This document shows, piece after piece, positions 7,147-10,714 of a stretch of 10,714 nt of DNA. Made by a program: the position numbers and the translations under genes. The stretch is from Myxococcota bacterium (GTDB taxonomy: Bacteria; Myxococcota; SpSt-1050). Where the stretch lies: positions 1-10,714 of the forward strand of contig JBMFOP010000099.1 in the NCBI GenBank assembly GCA_049969675.1, written 5' to 3'. Below the pieces are notes generated by a model, which did no database searches, had not been told where the DNA came from, and saw nothing but the letters and a program-made list of their open reading frames with translations. Each line of letters starts with the position of its first letter. The first letter of the stretch is position 1.

Positions 7147-7614
7147 TTATAGATGTTCTGCTATCAAAGAGCAGAGTTCTTCAAGGAATTCTCTATCTGT
7201 TTCATCAAAGGCACAGAGTGTATGTGAATCTATATCAAGCTCACCTATAAAATTACCTTCTCTCATTATTGGTACTACAATTTCAGATTTGACCTTTATA
7301 GAGCAGGAGAGATAGTTGATCTCCTTTGTAACATCAGAGACCAGAAATGTCTCTTTATTTACCGCCGCCAGTCCACAAATCCCCTCCCCAAATCTAATCT
7401 TTGTGTGGATAGTAGGTTCTCCTTCAAATTCGTGTAATATCAGATTTTCATCTCCATCAGACAGATAAAAACCTACCCAGTCATAATAAGATATATTCTG
7501 CTTAAGTCTCTTGCACACCTCGTTTCTGATGCCAGATGGAGATTTGTCTTCAATAATTTGCTTTATGTTGTTTAAAAAATTCTGAAATAGCACCCTCTTC
7601 TCTTCTTTGGTCAT
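7147..7614 (-). CDS. msrC: Stand-alone GAF protein, free methionine-(R)-sulfoxide reductase (MsrC/fRMsr) family
   Basis: YDWVGFY, RFGEGICGLAA, VSDV, YLSCSIKVKSEIVVPI, GELDIDSH...FDETD match fRMsr/YebR motifs. ATGA overlap with the upstream gene. Confidence 0.8.
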   Translation of the reverse strand: MTKEEKRVLFQNFLNNIKQIIEDKSPSGIRNEVCKRLKQNISYYDWVGFYLSDGDENLILHEFEGEPTIHTKIRFGEGICGLAAVNKETFLVSDVTKEINYLSCSIKVKSEIVVPIMREGNFIGELDIDSHTLCAFDETDREFLEELCSLIAEHL

Positions 7615-8753
7615 ATACTGAGTCTCTCCTTTATTATCTGAAAAAGTCTATAAATATCTATGAGATTTTTTAGAATGTCTGTACTATTTAAGATTATTGA
7701 ACCCCCTGCATATAGATTCTGAAATATTTGATAGCCATAGATATTGAGAGGGACGAAGCCCTCATTTATCTTGATTCCGCAGTTAAAGATATTGTGTGAA
7801 GCAAAGATATTCTCTTCTGTAAAATAACTGATTTCATTCTTTGAATTTGTAAAGAATACTGGAAGATTAAATATCGGTTCAACGACTTTATTATCTCTGA
7901 TTGTTAACCCCTCTTCTACAAATCGCTCAGAAATGAGTACAACAATCTCTGGATATATCTCATAATTATTACAGGTTATATAATTGATTTTGTCCTGCTC
8001 CAAATAGACTTTATAAATCTTATCATAAATGACCTCTATACCCTCTTTCTCTTCAAACCCCTTCTGAATATTAAAGAACCTCTTAGAGATAACAGCTGGA
8101 TTGAGTGTTAATGCCTCAAATATCTTTCTCCCTGTGATACTTTTTAGAGATTCATATATCTTATCTGCTTTGTGAATTCCAAGGAAAGGTGGGAGGACAA
8201 TAATGCCATCATTACCCACAAGTTTACTCCTGATATCTCTGGCGAGGGATTTAAGTGCCTCTTCATCGTCTTCAAGGGTCGCTGCCAGTTCATATATTGA
8301 ATAGATTCTATCCTTCTGAAGGATATCAAGGTTTATTATTTCCCACTGGCTGTTGTTATCCAATGTGACTTTTATAGTATCCTGCAGATTCTCTATATTT
8401 ACAAATATCAATTTTGAACTCATATTTTTTGATTCATAAAGGTAGTTGTAGTTTTTATATATGGTGGAGCATCTCACTATATCTCCAGTATTATATAATA
8501 CCTCAATAGGGCTAAAATCATTCTGAAATGAAAACGAAAGGCGCGTGAGGAATTCTGTAAGCTCACCTATGTTAAGATGCCGATATAGATTAGAATTTTT
8601 ATCAATATATTTAATCATCGGATTGAATAACATCGCCGATTTATTCTGACTCAAAATTACAGGCTCAAAGCCAGATTTTATTAATAGTGAAGACAGAAAC
8701 AGTGAATATATATTCTCTCCGATTACCAGAATTTCTGGCTTTATTATTTCCAT
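7611..8753 (-). CDS. glpB: Highly divergent anaerobic glycerol-3-phosphate dehydrogenase subunit B-like protein
   Basis: Directly downstream of glpA (10-nt overlap). GlpB-like blocks in correct order: VLPPFLG, IFEALTLNPAVISKR, VVEPIFNLPV, IFNCGIKIN, NLYAGGSII. The N-terminal GxGxxG is degenerate. Confidence 0.75.
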   Translation of the reverse strand: MEIIKPEILVIGENIYSLFLSSLLIKSGFEPVILSQNKSAMLFNPMIKYIDKNSNLYRHLNIGELTEFLTRLSFSFQNDFSPIEVLYNTGDIVRCSTIYKNYNYLYESKNMSSKLIFVNIENLQDTIKVTLDNNSQWEIINLDILQKDRIYSIYELAATLEDDEEALKSLARDIRSKLVGNDGIIVLPPFLGIHKADKIYESLKSITGRKIFEALTLNPAVISKRFFNIQKGFEEKEGIEVIYDKIYKVYLEQDKINYITCNNYEIYPEIVVLISERFVEEGLTIRDNKVVEPIFNLPVFFTNSKNEISYFTEENIFASHNIFNCGIKINEGFVPLNIYGYQIFQNLYAGGSIILNSTDILKNLIDIYRLFQIIKERLSI

Positions 8754-10372
8754 AAATCTACCATATTTCTAAAGAATAGTTCTTCTGATTTAATCTGATA
8801 TTCATTTAGTATAAATCTCCTGCCGCCCCATCTCCTTTCAATAAATTCAAAGAATATATCCTTTGAGGCAGTAATGGGGAGATTTAATCTGGTTGCCAAT
8901 ATCTGTGCTGCTCTGAATGAGCAACGAATCCCCTGACAGGGACCTGTGCCGAGCCTCGTCCTCCTTCTAATCTGCATTAAATCCCTTGCCCACTCATGTT
9001 CAATGGAATATTCTATCTCCGCCCCTGTCACACCTTCGCAATGGCAGACCACTTCACCCGAATGTGGCTCGCTCTTTATCCTTTTAAGAATCTCCTTTGC
9101 CTGACAGCCGTATCTATAAATCAGCCGAGAAATCAGATATCTATCAAGAGGATATTCTCTCTCGTATTCCTCTATACTATATGGCTCTCTCTCACCTAAA
9201 AGGGGCTCCGTCATCGTCTTACATTGATTCTTCCTTCCAAATTTCTTATCAATTACATCTACAAACTCCTCTGACATAAGTCTGTATGCGGCGAGTTTTC
9301 CTCCAATCATAGAGATGAGCCCTGATATATTATCTGTCTCTTCATGGTCGATAATCCTGTGGTCCCTTGTGAGGTCATCTTCATATTTATTATATTCGTA
9401 AATGGTTGGTCTCACACCGGTCATCGTCCTTATTGCCCTGAATCTCCTTATGTCTGGAATGACCCTCTCCATCGCCTCGTAGAGATATTCCACATCGTCA
9501 AGAGTAGCAAATGGTCTATCCAGATCTCCATAGTAGTCGTCATCAGTAGTTCCAAGAATCATACCATTCTGATGTGGGCAGATAAATATCTGTCTCCCAT
9601 CAACCGCCTTTGCGATGACTGCAAAGTTTAGGTACCTCCTATCAAAGATAATATGGACACCTCTTGAAGGTCTTACTTTATTCGCTTTGCTCAAACTCTT
9701 TGTGACCCTATCTGACCATGGTCCAGTGAGATTTGCCACGATCTTTGAATAGAATTCCTCTCTCCTTGAAGTATGTCTATTTAATGCAATAACCCCCCTG
9801 ACTGACCTGTTGTCAATAATAAAATCAATTATCTCATAACCGAGTTTTATCTCTGCTCCATATGATTCTGCGGATTTGGCATTCTCTATAGCCAATCTGA
9901 ATGGATCTATCCCCCACTCATCTGTTGTTACTGCCCCTATTGCATCATCAGTTATAAGTGGAATGACCTCTTTGAGAGTCTCCCTATCAAGTCTTCCATG
10001 TGGAAGTCCATTCTTATGAGGTTGATACCTATCATAGGCGGAGAAATATACCTCTGCGAGTTCAAGATATATCTCTGGAAATGGATCGGATTTTAAGACT
10101 GGCATAACAAAGGGTATCCTGAATATCATATGATGTGCAATCTTCTGAATATATCCAGAGTCAATGCAGCTCATTCGTGTAACAGACCTGTCATTGAGAA
10201 GATATCTTATCCCACCGTGAATCATCCCGCTGCAGGCACCGGTCGCACCACCTGCAATGTCCTGTTTTTCAAGTAGAAGGACACTATACCCCCGCATTGC
10301 GGCATCCCTTGCGACACCGACTCCATTAATCCCGGCTCCGATAATTATTATATCAAAAATCTTATTACTCAT
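8744..10372 (-). CDS. glpA: FAD-dependent glycerol-3-phosphate dehydrogenase subunit A with C-terminal BFD-like [2Fe-2S] domain
   Basis: IIIGAGINGVGVARDAAMRG, GMIHGGIRYL, IDPFRL, NLTGPWS, GTTD, GVRP, GGKLAAYRLMSE, then VCHCE...RRRTRLGTGPCQGIRC. Confidence 0.93.
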   Translation of the reverse strand: MSNKIFDIIIIGAGINGVGVARDAAMRGYSVLLLEKQDIAGGATGACSGMIHGGIRYLLNDRSVTRMSCIDSGYIQKIAHHMIFRIPFVMPVLKSDPFPEIYLELAEVYFSAYDRYQPHKNGLPHGRLDRETLKEVIPLITDDAIGAVTTDEWGIDPFRLAIENAKSAESYGAEIKLGYEIIDFIIDNRSVRGVIALNRHTSRREEFYSKIVANLTGPWSDRVTKSLSKANKVRPSRGVHIIFDRRYLNFAVIAKAVDGRQIFICPHQNGMILGTTDDDYYGDLDRPFATLDDVEYLYEAMERVIPDIRRFRAIRTMTGVRPTIYEYNKYEDDLTRDHRIIDHEETDNISGLISMIGGKLAAYRLMSEEFVDVIDKKFGRKNQCKTMTEPLLGEREPYSIEEYEREYPLDRYLISRLIYRYGCQAKEILKRIKSEPHSGEVVCHCEGVTGAEIEYSIEHEWARDLMQIRRRTRLGTGPCQGIRCSFRAAQILATRLNLPITASKDIFFEFIERRWGGRRFILNEYQIKSEELFFRNMVDLWK

Positions 10373-10640
10373 ATTTAAGAGATCTTAAAAGCAACTTTGA
10401 TAGTATCCTAACTTTCTACATTTACAAAGCAAAAAATGTATGTGAAGTACAATTGAAATTACTATTTCAAACAGGTAAAAGACAGCCTATACTGGCAATA
10501 AGAGGCAGAGCGAAACGGATACTCGTGTTGCAATTCATAAAATTTAATTGATGATTAAGATATAATGAAGGCGTGGTGAACAGAGATATGATAAAATAAC
10601 GACCTATTTTAAGGAGGTGCACCATAAAACCTAATTGTCG

Positions 10641-10666
10641 ATAGCCTACGTGCCGTTTAGGCATAT
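10641..10666 (-). terminator. Imperfect hairpin just after the stop of the right-edge gene; possible terminator
   Basis: Minus strand ATATGCCTAAACG-GCA-CGTAGGCTAT: GCCT/AGGC and ACG/CGT stems with a 2-nt bulge, directly after TAA. No clear U-tract. Confidence 0.3.
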
Positions 10667-10713
10667 TACGGTGCGTATTTCAGGAGAAAAATATCATAAG
10701 CACCAGCACCATT
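10666..10713 (-). CDS. 3' end (partial) of a probable beta-propeller repeat (SBBP-like) protein
   Basis: Minus strand reads NGAGAYDIFLLKYAP*; GxxDIF(L/V)xKY is a typical propeller-blade motif. Only 15 codons are visible. Confidence 0.5.
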   Translation of the reverse strand, partial: NGAGAYDIFLLKYAP

Positions 10714-10714
10714 A

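Noticed and set aside
6457..9631. Short overlapping ORFs 6457-6651, 7121-7315, 8144-8329, 8996-9199, 9097-9279, 9344-9631
   Set aside because: Shadows of tal, msrC, glpB and glpA.
10467..10664. 65-aa minus-strand ORF, and an orphan AAGGAGGT at 10611-10618 on +
   Set aside because: The ORF starts inside a hairpin without an SD and has no recognisable features; the SD-like sequence has no suitably spaced start codon.
1..10714. CRISPR array, tRNA/rRNA, transposase or recombinase genes
   Set aside because: No regularly spaced direct repeats, cloverleaf or rRNA-like sequence, or DDE/Tyr/Ser recombinase motifs were seen.

Overview
AT-rich bacterial chromosomal window; the gene content suggests a deltaproteobacterial/Myxococcota-type organism (inference). 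On the + strand: the 3' end of a probable DNA methyltransferase, a sigma70-driven operon coaBC - family-4 uracil-DNA glycosylase - long-form nfeD - stomatin/SPFH, a small secreted Cys-rich orphan protein, and a transaldolase. On the - strand: the 3' end of a probable beta-propeller protein and a coupled glpA - divergent glpB - msrC-like (GAF) operon with no glpC. The main unannotated structure is an 82-bp ungapped inverted repeat (4631-4712 vs 5678-5759, 66/82 identical by hand alignment). Each copy ends in a conserved hairpin and leads straight into an ATG, and the pair brackets about 1 kb holding the orphan gene and a decayed DUF4434-like gene. Other oddities: attC-like remnants around a 16-codon ORF near the left edge, and a GlpB that has lost its flavin-binding glycines.
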